Origin: Polyangiales bacterium
GTDB taxonomy: Bacteria; Myxococcota_A; Polyangia; Polyangiales; Polyangiaceae
Reading direction: 5' to 3'
DNA: 64,000 nt
Assembly (NCBI GenBank): GCA_038231275.1
Contig: JBBRLQ010000017.1
Span: 64,001-128,000, forward strand
Part shown: in pieces, positions 47,347 to 56,900 of the stretch
How positions within the stretch are numbered: the first letter of the stretch is position 1
Layout of the letters: every line of letters begins with the position of its first letter
The notes under the pieces: model-generated
What the model was told of the DNA's origin: nothing
What the model saw: the letters and a program-made list of their open reading frames with translations, nothing else
Database searches by the model: none
Made by a program: the position numbers and the translations under genes

Positions 47347-48573
47347 ATGGGCTTCTGGTCGTTCCTGACGAGAAAGAAGGGGGCGGGCGGGGTCGCGCCG
47401 ACGTCGACGCGCGACGAGGCTGCACCCGCATCGAGCGCCGATCCGTTGCCGCAAGAGATCGCCCAGATCGCGCGTGTCGGGAGCGAAGGAGGGCCGACGG
47501 TTGAGGAGGCGATCGCGCGCTTCCGAATCCTCCGGCAGACCTCCGACGAGGGGCGCGCCGTGCACGAGCTCGCGCGGCGGCACGGCGAGAAGGCGCTCCC
47601 CGAGGGGCTCGCGGTCGCCGTCGCATCAGCACTCGTCGATCGCGGCGAGTCGGAGCTGGCGCTCAAGATCCTCGCGGTCACGCAGAGCTCGGCGGCGCTG
47701 CTCTTGCGCGCTGACCTGTACGGCAACGCCGGCGACGCGCCGACCGCGCTCGCCCTCACCGAGCGCGTGCTCCTTCGCGATCTCGATCACCCCGGCGCGC
47801 GCGATCGACACCGGCGCTGGCGCGAGGCGCTGGGCTTCAAGGACGAGGCGAAGCGCGAGGCGCAGACCGGCGCCACCGTCGTCACGCGCGAGCCCGACGC
47901 GCCGTTCCTGCTCCTCCGCGAGGTCGCGCGCGGCGGCGCGGGCGCGGTCTACGAGGCGGAGGATCGCGAGCTCTCGCGCAAGGTCGCCCTCAAGGTCTAC
48001 CACCACGTCGATCGCGATCGCGCCCAGCTCGCGCACGAGGCGCGTGTCGCCGCCGAGCTCGCGGGGCCTGGCATCGTCCGCGTCTTCGACGCCGATCCGG
48101 CGCACGGGTGGCTCGCGCTCGAGTGGGCGCCGCTCGGCTCGGTGCGCGACCACGTGCGCGCGAAGGATCACGCGACGCTCGCGCCGCTCGAGCGCTGGGC
48201 CCTTCCCCTCGCCGCCGCCCTCGCCCGCGTGCACGCCGGCGGATGGGTGCATCAGGACGTGAAGCCGGCCAACGTGCTCTTCCTCGCGCCCGACGCGCCG
48301 CTCCTCGCGGACTTCGGCATCGCGCGCCGCGCAGGTGAGCCGAGCTGTCCGGGCAGCATCGGCTACGTCTCGCCCGAGCGCCTGAAGGGGCGCGCCAGCG
48401 ATCCGCGCGACGACGTCTACGGTTTCGGGCGATTGCTCGAGGACGTGCTCGACGCGCTCGGCGATCGCGAGCTCGAGAAGTGGCGGCCGATCGCCTCGGC
48501 GTGCGTAGGCCCCGACGACGGACGACCCGCCGACGCGCGCGCGCTCCTCACCCGCTTGCGCGTCGAAGCGTAG
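47347..48573 (+). CDS. Hanks-type Ser/Thr protein kinase with N-terminal helical domain
   Basis: GGAGAVY, VALKV, HQDVKPANV, DFG, YVSPE, DVYGFG. Confidence 0.92.
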   Translation: MGFWSFLTRKKGAGGVAPTSTRDEAAPASSADPLPQEIAQIARVGSEGGPTVEEAIARFRILRQTSDEGRAVHELARRHGEKALPEGLAVAVASALVDRGESELALKILAVTQSSAALLLRADLYGNAGDAPTALALTERVLLRDLDHPGARDRHRRWREALGFKDEAKREAQTGATVVTREPDAPFLLLREVARGGAGAVYEAEDRELSRKVALKVYHHVDRDRAQLAHEARVAAELAGPGIVRVFDADPAHGWLALEWAPLGSVRDHVRAKDHATLAPLERWALPLAAALARVHAGGWVHQDVKPANVLFLAPDAPLLADFGIARRAGEPSCPGSIGYVSPERLKGRASDPRDDVYGFGRLLEDVLDALGDRELEKWRPIASACVGPDDGRPADARALLTRLRVEA

Positions 48574-48602
48574 GCGGCGCACGAACCGAGATTCCGGCGA
48601 GC

Positions 48603-49409
48603 TCACGGCCCAGAGAGGTGCGTCGCGACCTTCGCGAGGAGGTCAGGCTCGCGAACGAAGAGGTCGTTGTGTCCGCCGCCACGGACGTGGACGAAGCGCG
48701 CGCCGGCGATCTCTCGCGCGACCTCCTGGCCCATCCAGAAGGGCACCACGGCGTCGGCGTCGCCGTGCACGACGAGCGTAGGCGCGCGAATCTCTGCGCA
48801 CTTGGCGCGCGTGTCGAAGACGTCTTTCACGATGACGCTCGCAGGAAGGATCGGTGCATGGCTCTGCACCGTCGCGGTCATCGACGTGAACGGTGTCACC
48901 AGCACGAGCGACGCGATGGCGTGGCGACGCGCGACCTCCGCGGCCACGCCGGTCCCGAGCGACGTCCCCCACACGGCCACGCGCTCGTCCGGCGTGCCGC
49001 GCGAAGCGAGGTACCGCATCGCCCCTTCGGCGTCGGCGTAGAGTCCCTCCTCCGAGGGCCCCCCCTCGCTGGCACCGTAGCCGCGGTACTCGACGAGGAG
49101 CACACCCAGCCCTCGGCGCGCGAGCGCGAGGGCGCGCTCCGAACTGTCGGCGATCGTCTCGCCGTTGCCGTGGAAGAGGACGACCGTGCGCGCGCCAGAC
49201 CTCGCAGGGATCTCGAGCGCCTGCACGGCCACGCCGTCGCTCGCCGGAAAGAAGACGAGCGACGCGCCAGGCGGCGGCGTCACCACACTCAGGCGCGGCG
49301 CCGGAAAAACGAACGACCTGCAGAGGAGTCGTGCGAGGAGCACGGTGCCCCCGTACGCGACCACGATGCCCAGCGCGATTCGCGCGAGCCGCAACTGCCA
49401 AGGTGCCAC
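48603..49409 (-). CDS. alpha/beta hydrolase (ABHD12/13-like)
   Basis: FHGNGE, EYRGYG, GTSLG, HGDAD, GGHND. Confidence 0.92.
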   Translation of the reverse strand: MAPWQLRLARIALGIVVAYGGTVLLARLLCRSFVFPAPRLSVVTPPPGASLVFFPASDGVAVQALEIPARSGARTVVLFHGNGETIADSSERALALARRGLGVLLVEYRGYGASEGGPSEEGLYADAEGAMRYLASRGTPDERVAVWGTSLGTGVAAEVARRHAIASLVLVTPFTSMTATVQSHAPILPASVIVKDVFDTRAKCAEIRAPTLVVHGDADAVVPFWMGQEVAREIAGARFVHVRGGGHNDLFVREPDLLAKVATHLSGP

Positions 49410-49467
49410 CCGTGAATCCTATCGCGCCGCGCCGAAACGATCTCCGGCCCTCGCCTGCGCACGCCGC

Positions 49468-49746
49468 TCACCCGCTCGCGCGCCTTAGCGTCGGCGGGGC
49501 GACCTCACCGATCCCCGCCACGCCGCCGATTTCGCGGACTCCGCTGTCGAGCTCGATCTCCGGCTCGAGCTCACGCGTCGAGATCGGCGCCGACGGGACC
49601 AGCATCGACGGATCGAGCCGGACGGGACCTCGAACGCGCTTCCTGAACGACAGCTGCGTGTCGAGCGCGCCCAGCTTCGCGCGCATGAGGGTCTCGTGCT
49701 TGCGGGTGCGAATACGCCAATCGAGGGTGAAGGTGCGGTCGGCCAT
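49468..49746 (-). CDS. small hypothetical protein (92 aa)
   Basis: AGGAG upstream; fills the gap between genes; no family recognised. Confidence 0.5.
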   Translation of the reverse strand: MADRTFTLDWRIRTRKHETLMRAKLGALDTQLSFRKRVRGPVRLDPSMLVPSAPISTRELEPEIELDSGVREIGGVAGIGEVAPPTLRRASG

Positions 49747-49928
49747 GGGGGGCGACGACTCCTAGAGCAGGAGCCGGGCCACATGCCCCCACGCGGACTT
49801 ACTGGATTTTTTCATGGGTGGATCGCGAGTCCGCGCGACGCTTTCGCGACCCGCCGGACGCCTCCTCGCGAGCCCCCGCGCCCCCGGCCAAGTGGAGATC
49901 CCCCCCCGAATGCAGTAAAGCGGCGGGG

Positions 49929-51833
49929 ATGCGCTTCGTACCTTCCTTGATGATCGCCGGCGTCGCCGTGTCCGGCGGGGTCCTTTTCGCGTGCGCGACG
50001 GACCGGCCGGTCATTCCAGAGACCCCGGCAGATGCCGCCCCACCGGCGGACGCGGGCGTCGTCGAGGCCGCGCCGATCGACGCGCCGGTCCCGCTGGGTC
50101 CCATCACCGCCGATCTCCAGCTCCTCGATCTGTCGTCCCTCAGGGGGCAGCTCGACCCTATGACCGAGGTCGATCCGAACGGCGACACGCGCTCGTACGG
50201 CGGGCTCGAGGCGCTCGCGGGCTACTTCGCCAAGGATCGCGCGCAGACGCCCGCCACGGTGGTCCTCACGGGCGGCGACGTCGCCGGCGCAACGCCCGAG
50301 CTCTCGGCGATCTACGACGACGTGCCCGCGGTCTCCGCGCTGAACCTCCTCGGTGCCGCGGCCGCGACGTTCGGCCCCCACGACTTCGAGCGCGGCGACG
50401 CGTTCCTCGACGCGCGCATGAGCGGCTCGGTCTTCCGTTGGGTGTCGACGAACGTGCCTGGCATCGACAAGGCGCTCGGCCCGCGTGTCGTCCTCTCGTT
50501 CCTCCTCGTCGACGTCGCGCAGACGCGCGTCAAGATCGCGGTCCTCGGCCTCTCCGAGCCTGCGCTGGCGAGCCTCGTTCCGCCCGGCGCGCTCGGGACC
50601 GCGACGGTGACCGACGCCGTCGCCGCGACCAACGCCGCGGCCGTCACCGCGCGGGCTGCCGGCGCGCACGTCGTCGTGGCGCTCGCGGCATTCGGCTCGA
50701 CCGGAGCGCCGTTCGGTGAACCGGTCGGACCGCTGGTCGACTACGCGAAGAAAGTCTCCGGCGTCGACGTCGTGCTCGGCGGGCGCACCGATCAGCTGGT
50801 GAACCTGACGATCCCGCGCGACGGACGATCGATGCTCGTCCTGCAGAACCGCGACCGCGGACGCACCTACGCGCGCGTGAAGCTCCACGTCGAGGCCGGC
50901 GTCGTCACGACGTCGAGCGCCGAAATCGTCGAGCCGCTCGCCGTCACCTCGTCGCAGCTGACCGATCCCAACGGCAAGTGCGGTGGCGCCGCGCAGCCCG
51001 CGTGCCGATGCCAAGGCAGCGTCACGCCGGCGACCGATCTGCCGTGCCCGACCGGGTTCGCATGCGACGCGACGAGCGGAAGCTGCAACCAGACGGCGAT
51101 GGCGCCGGATCCCGCCGCGACGGCGCTCTTGAAGCCGTTCCGCGACGGCCTGACCGCGAAGCTCGACGCGCCCCTCGGCCGCGTCGACGTTTCGTTCGTG
51201 CGCGACGGAGCAGCGGAGCGCGCCGGCGAGGTGCCGCTCGGCGATTTCGTCGCCGACGCACTGCGCGATCAGTATTCGAGCGCCGGTGTGCGCGTTGCCC
51301 TCGTCGAGGCCGCGACCCTCACGTCGGGCCTCCCCTCGTCGTACGCGCCCGCCGACGCGAGCCTTCGTCGCCCGGGCAACGTGGCGTCCCCGTTCGATCT
51401 CGTCGCCGGCGACGGATTCACCGCGGTCGTGCCCACGGCGTCGTGCGTCGTGCGATCCATCTCCGGCAAGGTCCTGTGGGACGTCCTCGAGAGCTCGGTC
51501 GGTGCGATCCCCTCACCCTCGCCGGGGTTCTTGCAGGTCTCCGGCCTGCTCTTCTCGTACAAGGCGTCGAACGCAAAGGGCTCGCGCGTGCAGAGCGTCA
51601 CGCTGTCGGACGGGCATGACGTCCCCAAGGACGATCCGTCGCTCTACACGGTCGTCATGACCGACGCGACGAGCCGCGGCGACGACGGCTACCCGATGCT
51701 CGCCGAGACGCTCGCCACGCCCGGCCGAAGGCTCGTCGCCGACGTCGTTCGCGACTACATCGCGCGCGCGTCGGGCGGCGGTCCGAACGTGATCGCCGTG
51801 CCGGCGGGCGGGCGCATCACCAAGATCCCCTGA
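49929..51833 (+). CDS. 5'-nucleotidase/metallophosphatase-like lipoprotein with degenerate metal ligands
   Basis: Lipobox LFAC; YGGLEALA, GGD, GVDVVLGG; C-terminal domain EVPLGDFVADA, FLQVSGL, GDDGY; start ATG 49929. Confidence 0.85.
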   Translation: MRFVPSLMIAGVAVSGGVLFACATDRPVIPETPADAAPPADAGVVEAAPIDAPVPLGPITADLQLLDLSSLRGQLDPMTEVDPNGDTRSYGGLEALAGYFAKDRAQTPATVVLTGGDVAGATPELSAIYDDVPAVSALNLLGAAAATFGPHDFERGDAFLDARMSGSVFRWVSTNVPGIDKALGPRVVLSFLLVDVAQTRVKIAVLGLSEPALASLVPPGALGTATVTDAVAATNAAAVTARAAGAHVVVALAAFGSTGAPFGEPVGPLVDYAKKVSGVDVVLGGRTDQLVNLTIPRDGRSMLVLQNRDRGRTYARVKLHVEAGVVTTSSAEIVEPLAVTSSQLTDPNGKCGGAAQPACRCQGSVTPATDLPCPTGFACDATSGSCNQTAMAPDPAATALLKPFRDGLTAKLDAPLGRVDVSFVRDGAAERAGEVPLGDFVADALRDQYSSAGVRVALVEAATLTSGLPSSYAPADASLRRPGNVASPFDLVAGDGFTAVVPTASCVVRSISGKVLWDVLESSVGAIPSPSPGFLQVSGLLFSYKASNAKGSRVQSVTLSDGHDVPKDDPSLYTVVMTDATSRGDDGYPMLAETLATPGRRLVADVVRDYIARASGGGPNVIAVPAGGRITKIP

Positions 51834-51840
51834 TCGCGCG

Positions 51841-52638
51841 CTACTTCTTCGGCTTCGGCGGATCCTTCGGCGGATCCTTGGCCTTGCCGAGCTCCGGCAT
51901 CTTCACCAGATCTTCGATGTTGGGGACGATGACGATCTCGATGCGCCGGTTCTTGGCGCGGCCCTTGTCGGTCCCATTTCCCTGCGCCGGATCGTACTCG
52001 GCGTAGCCGGCGGCCGAGACGGCGTCGGATTTGACGCCCTTCTCGACGAGCAACTTCACGACGGCCACGGCGCGCGCGGTGGACAGCTCCCAGTTCGACG
52101 GAAACTCCTTCGTCTTGATGGGCAGCGTGTCGGTGTGCCCCGCGACCTGGAACCTTCGGCCGGTGACGCCGCGGAGCGCCTCGGCGACTTCTCCCAGCGC
52201 TGCCTTGCCGTCCGGTTTGATCTCCGTCTTGCCCATGTCGAACAGGATGTCGGTCCCCAAGACGAGGACGATCTGGCCGCGACGGACGGTGATGTCGAGC
52301 TTGCCGGCCTCGATCATCTTCTTGAACTTCGCGAGGAAGTCCTCGAAGAGCTTGAGGCGCGCCTCCGCGGCCGCCTTCTGGCGACGCAGCTCCTCGAGCT
52401 CTGCGCGCGTCGCGTCATCGGTCGCGCTGGCCTTGCCTTCGGCCTCGGCGAGCTTCGCGCGAAGGTCGTCGAGCTCGGCCTGCTTCGCCGCGAGCGCGGC
52501 CGCGTTCTTCGTCTCGGCCTCGGTCTTGTCCGTTCGCGCCTTCTGCCCGTCGGCGACCGCGGCGTCGTATTGGCCCTTGGGTACGCCACACGCGGTGAGC
52601 ACGGAGAAGAGCAAGACCGAGAGCGTCGCGTGTCGCAT
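51841..52638 (-). CDS. OmpA/MotB-family peptidoglycan-binding lipoprotein with coiled coil
   Basis: Lipobox LTAC; ILFDMG, VAGHTD, NWELSTARA, NRRIEI. Confidence 0.92.
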   Translation of the reverse strand: MRHATLSVLLFSVLTACGVPKGQYDAAVADGQKARTDKTEAETKNAAALAAKQAELDDLRAKLAEAEGKASATDDATRAELEELRRQKAAAEARLKLFEDFLAKFKKMIEAGKLDITVRRGQIVLVLGTDILFDMGKTEIKPDGKAALGEVAEALRGVTGRRFQVAGHTDTLPIKTKEFPSNWELSTARAVAVVKLLVEKGVKSDAVSAAGYAEYDPAQGNGTDKGRAKNRRIEIVIVPNIEDLVKMPELGKAKDPPKDPPKPKK

Positions 52639-52686
52639 GAACCGCAGCCTACACCGCCGCGTGCTCGGTTTCTGCTTTGGCCTCGT

Positions 52687-52968
52687 TCAGGAGACGGGCG
52701 CACGTTCGACGGCGAGGAGGTTCCTCACGTCGCGGACGCGCGTGACGTTGCGGACGGCCCGCTCCGCGTCGTCGTACTGGCGCCAGAGGTCGACGTTGCC
52801 TTCGAGCGTCACGACGCCGTTCGAGACCGATGTTCGAATGCGGTCCGTGGGGACCACGACGTCCCACTCGAGGGCGCGCACGACGTCGCGCGCGAGATCG
52901 AGATCGCCGTCGCGGTCGCCGCCCTCAGCGTCAACGTGCCCCACCGCGTTCTCTTCGAGCTGTCCCAT
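52687..52968 (-). CDS. single BON-domain protein
   Basis: GGAGG SD then ATG 52968; ALEWD..IRTSVSNGVVTLEGNV..AERAVRNVTRVRDVRNLL. Confidence 0.85.
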   Translation of the reverse strand: MGQLEENAVGHVDAEGGDRDGDLDLARDVVRALEWDVVVPTDRIRTSVSNGVVTLEGNVDLWRQYDDAERAVRNVTRVRDVRNLLAVERAPVS

Positions 52969-53002
52969 GCGTCCTCCGGTTTCGACGAATGGACGGACGA
53001 AA

Positions 53003-53018
53003 AGCAATCGGCGTTCCA
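53003..53018 (-). promoter_or_regulatory. sigma54 -24/-12 promoter of the BON gene
   Basis: Minus strand TGGAACGCCGATTGCT, GG(53017-6)-N10-GC(53005-4). Confidence 0.75.
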
Positions 53019-53182
53019 CCTCGCAACCCACACGAGCGGCGCGCGCGTGAGGCGACGACGACCGCATCTTCACGCCGCGACGCGCGCTCGCGCCAGAGTG
53101 TCCCAGCGCGCTTTTTTGCTGGTGATGGGAAGGAACGGAAACACTTCGCCGTCTCGGCGTTACCGAAGGGTGACGCGCGCGC

Positions 53183-53854
53183 TCAGGCTCGACGCGGATA
53201 TTTCGAACGCGTGAAGAGCGCCTCGAGCGCGCGATCGTGCGTGCGCGCGAGGATGGGCAGCGCGACGACGGCGCCGATGAGGACGAAGAACATGTCCCAC
53301 TGCGTGTCCCACGGATCACCCTGGGTGCCGAGGAACGCCGTGCCGACGTCGCCCGCGACGATGAGCGTCGTCCACCACTCGAGAAGCTCCCAGAAGGCCC
53401 CGATCGCGAGCGCAACGGCGCAGATCAAGAAATCGAGCCAGCGTCCGCGCTCGAGCGGGGTCCGACGGAGCAGAACCTCACGCAAGACGATCGCCGGCAC
53501 GAACCCGAGCGCGAAGTGGCCGACGCGATCGTAGTGGTTGCGGCTCAAGTGGAACGTGTCCCGCAGCCAGTTGCCGAGCGGCGTGTTCGAGTACGTGTAG
53601 AAGGCGCCGTAATCGAGGATGAGCATGTGCGCGAACACCATCGCGTACACGAGGCGCGTCATCGGGAAGCGCGGGAACGCGACCCCGAGAGCGGCGAGGC
53701 CGAGGAGCCCGGGCACCACCTCGAGGAGCCAGTTCTCGCGACCCGACGGCGGATGCGCGCCGCTCGCCGCGAGCACCAGCGTGAGGACCGCCAGGAGAAC
53801 GAGCGGGAAGCGCGCCTCGTCGTAGGTCCCTCGAACCGCGTCGACCGATTTCAC
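53183..53854 (-). CDS. DUF2238 (YjdF-like) inner-membrane protein
   Basis: WLLE, YTYS..P.G.W, RNHYDRVGHFA.G, ELLEW, FLGTQGDPWDTQWDM; start approximate. Confidence 0.9.
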   Translation of the reverse strand: MKSVDAVRGTYDEARFPLVLLAVLTLVLAASGAHPPSGRENWLLEVVPGLLGLAALGVAFPRFPMTRLVYAMVFAHMLILDYGAFYTYSNTPLGNWLRDTFHLSRNHYDRVGHFALGFVPAIVLREVLLRRTPLERGRWLDFLICAVALAIGAFWELLEWWTTLIVAGDVGTAFLGTQGDPWDTQWDMFFVLIGAVVALPILARTHDRALEALFTRSKYPRRA

Positions 53855-53970
53855 GGGAGGAGGATCGGGCCTCGGGGCGGGTTCGGAAAAGAAAATCGCG
53901 CCCAAGCAGGAAAACGCCGGGAAACGTAGGGCTCTGGGAACCTCCGGCCTCGTCGCGTGTCGAGCCCACG

Positions 53971-56900
53971 GTGAACCCCCAAAGGCGCCGTCGACCCTTC
54001 CCTTCTGCACGACTCCTTTTGTCGTTCGTGGTGCTCGGCGTCGCGGCGCTCTCCGCGGCGGGTCGGTCCTCCGATGCCGCCGGCGCGCCCGATCCGGCGG
54101 CCCGCGGGCTCGACCTGTTTCTCCACGTGCCCGGGCAGGCTCCGCCGCGCGGTATCCTGCCGGTGCAAGTCGAGGCGATAGGGTTCCCAACCGCGGTGAC
54201 GACCCAGCCGCTCGCGAACGTGACGATCGAGGCGGTGTGGAACCCCGAGCACCTCGGCACGCACGTGTCGGTCGCTCCTCCGGCGGTGCGCGTGAACGCC
54301 GATGCGACGGGGCGCGCCCACCTCGACGTACCGGTGCCGGACGGCGACGAGATGGAGCTCGAGTTGCTCGTCGGCGTTCGGTCCGGCGCGCACACGCGGA
54401 CTCAGGCGGTGAAGGTGAAGCGCGTGCGGCCCTACGACGTCGCCCTCTTCGTTCCCGATCGGCGTGTCGTACCGGGCAGCACGATCAGCGCGTGGGTGCT
54501 GGTGACGAGCGCGCTCAGCGGGACGCCGGTCCCGCGCGCGCCGCTGACGTTGCGCCTCGGCGAGGGTGGCGTGCCGCGCTTCGAGGTCGAGCTGACCACC
54601 GACGTGTCGGGCACGGCGATGGCGCGAGTGCCGATCCCGATGACCGAGGAGCCGGCGTGGACGTGGCACCTGTCGGCCGCCGCGCGCCTCGGCGCGTTCG
54701 CCGCCGGAGATTCCGGGATCGATCTCACGCCGCGCGAAGAATCTCCGGGAAAGCCGCAGCTCCACGCGACGTGGAACGAGGACAGCGTGCTCGCTGGCGA
54801 TCCTGCGCACTTCGTCCTTCGCGTGCGCGACGCGAACGATCAGCCGGTCGCGGGGCAAGCGGTGCGCTACTGGGTCGGGCCGCGCGGGACGGAGCCGCCG
54901 GACGACGCGACGGCGTGGGAGAAAGCTTCGACCCGCGCCCTCACGAGCTCGGCGGGCGAGATCACGGCGGAGGCCGCGACGCCGTCGACCCTGGTGATCG
55001 GCGTCGGCTCACAGCTCCGCGTGGTCGCGCGCGCGTCGGTGGACGGGCGCGATCTGACGTCGCAAGCGTGGGTCACCGTCGGCGCGCCCGCAGCGGAGGC
55101 GACGCTGGCGCCCGAAGGCGATCGCGTGGTGCCGGGGCTCGAGCAGCGCGTGTTCCTCTCGGTGCACGACGGGAAGGGGCGGCCCGTGAGCGCGCCGTTC
55201 CGCGTCGACGGCGACGGCCTCGTAGCCCACGTGCGCACCGACGACCACGGCGAAGCGGAGATTTCGTGGCGCGCGCCGCTCGATCTCGGCGCGGAGCGGC
55301 AGACCGGACCGTGCGCAGGAGGCGTCGCCGCGGCGGTCACCGTTCGCGCCGAGGCGCAGGTCGCCGCGCTCGCGACGCACCCTGATCCGTTCGAGCTGTG
55401 CGTGAAGGTCGATCGCGACGCGACGTCGCTCGTGCGCACCGATCGCACGCTCGTGCGCGCGGGCGACAAGGTCCACGTGCGCGTGGTGACCTCCGACGGC
55501 AAGGGACCGCGCACGCGCCGCGCGAAGGGACCCTGGAGCGTCGTCGCGAGCAACCACGCGGGCACCTCGTCGGCGAGCGCGTGGATCGAGGACGGCGAAG
55601 CGGGCGGCGACGTCGCGATCCCCACTGGCGCGAGCGGCGTGTGGTCGCTCAGCGCGACGTCCCCTGGCGGACAAGCGCAGGCGCGCGTCACGGCCGGCGC
55701 GGCGCTCGTCATACCGCCGGTCTTGCCGAAGCTCGCCGCGAAGGTCACCGGCGGCCGCGCGACGCCGGGAGGCGCCGTAGACGTCGAGGCCGTGCTCACC
55801 GACGCCGCCGGCCACGGCCTCGCCGGCTCAGTCTCGGCGGTCGTGATCGATCGCTTCGGCGGCGGCTCGATCGGCGGCCTCTCGTCGCTCGACACGCGCC
55901 GCAAGCTCTGCACGGACGCCGGCGCGGACGACGAGCGCTGCGATCCGTTCGTCGAGGGCGATCCGTCGCTCGAGCCGCTGCGGCGCTCTCTCCTCGGCGG
56001 CCGCGGGGACGCGCTCTCGCCGGTGAACGATCCCGAAGGGCGCATGCAGGCCGAGCTGCGCGACGCGTTCCGCGCGGTCGTCAAATCGCTCGAGGGGGCG
56101 GTCTTCGAGGCCGCGCACACGCCGGAGCAGCTCCGCGATGTTCGCCGCCGCGGCTCCGACGGCGCGTGGCAATGGAACCCCGAGCTCATGACGCTGGTGA
56201 CCGCCGCGATGGAGCCCAAGCCGATCACTCCCGGCGGCGAGCCGCTCTCGCTCGGCGATCTCTTCGCGATCGACGGCCAAGTGACGTTCTCCAACGTCGC
56301 GCGCCGCATCACGCGGCTCAAGCTGTTCCGCGTGCTCGCGGAGATGCGCCGCTTCAAGATCGAGAAGGCGCTCGACGCCGACGAGCCGGCGCTCCGCGAC
56401 CCGAACGCGCTCCTGCGGCGCCTCGTGCGCGACGAGCGACTCGAGGAGGCGGCGCTCGTCGATCCGTGGGGAGGCTCGCTGCGCTTCATGCAGACGACGG
56501 CGGCGCCGGTGCCGTTCATGACTGTCGCGCGGGGATGGGAGCTGCGCGCGCCGGGGCCCGACGGCGTGGCGGGCACGGTCGACGACGTGCGCGATCCGTT
56601 CGAGCGCGTCCTCAAGTCGGGGACGCCGTACGCCATCGCCGTCCAGGAAGATCGCATCGTCGACGCGAAGTGGGACATGGAGGTCGGCGAGACGACGGTC
56701 AGTGCGTGGCAGACGATGTTCGAGGAGCTCACCGGCAGCGCGCTCGGCAGCGGCGGCGGCGTCGGCGCCGGCGGCATCGGGCTCGGCGGAGTCGGGAGCG
56801 GCGGAGGAGGAATTGGCCACGGGCGCGCCGGCTCGGTCCGCGTCACCACCGGCAACCCGTCGGGCGTGGCGTTCTGGTCTCCTCCGATGCGCACCGACGC

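Noticed and set aside
49792..49836. CGCGGACT..AGTCCGCG inverted repeat as an ncRNA or terminator
   Set aside because: Short stem with a long loop between divergent genes; not distinguishable from chance at this GC
51841..52638. Flagellar or gliding stator MotB
   Set aside because: It has a lipoprotein signal rather than the Asp-bearing TM helix, and there is no adjacent motA
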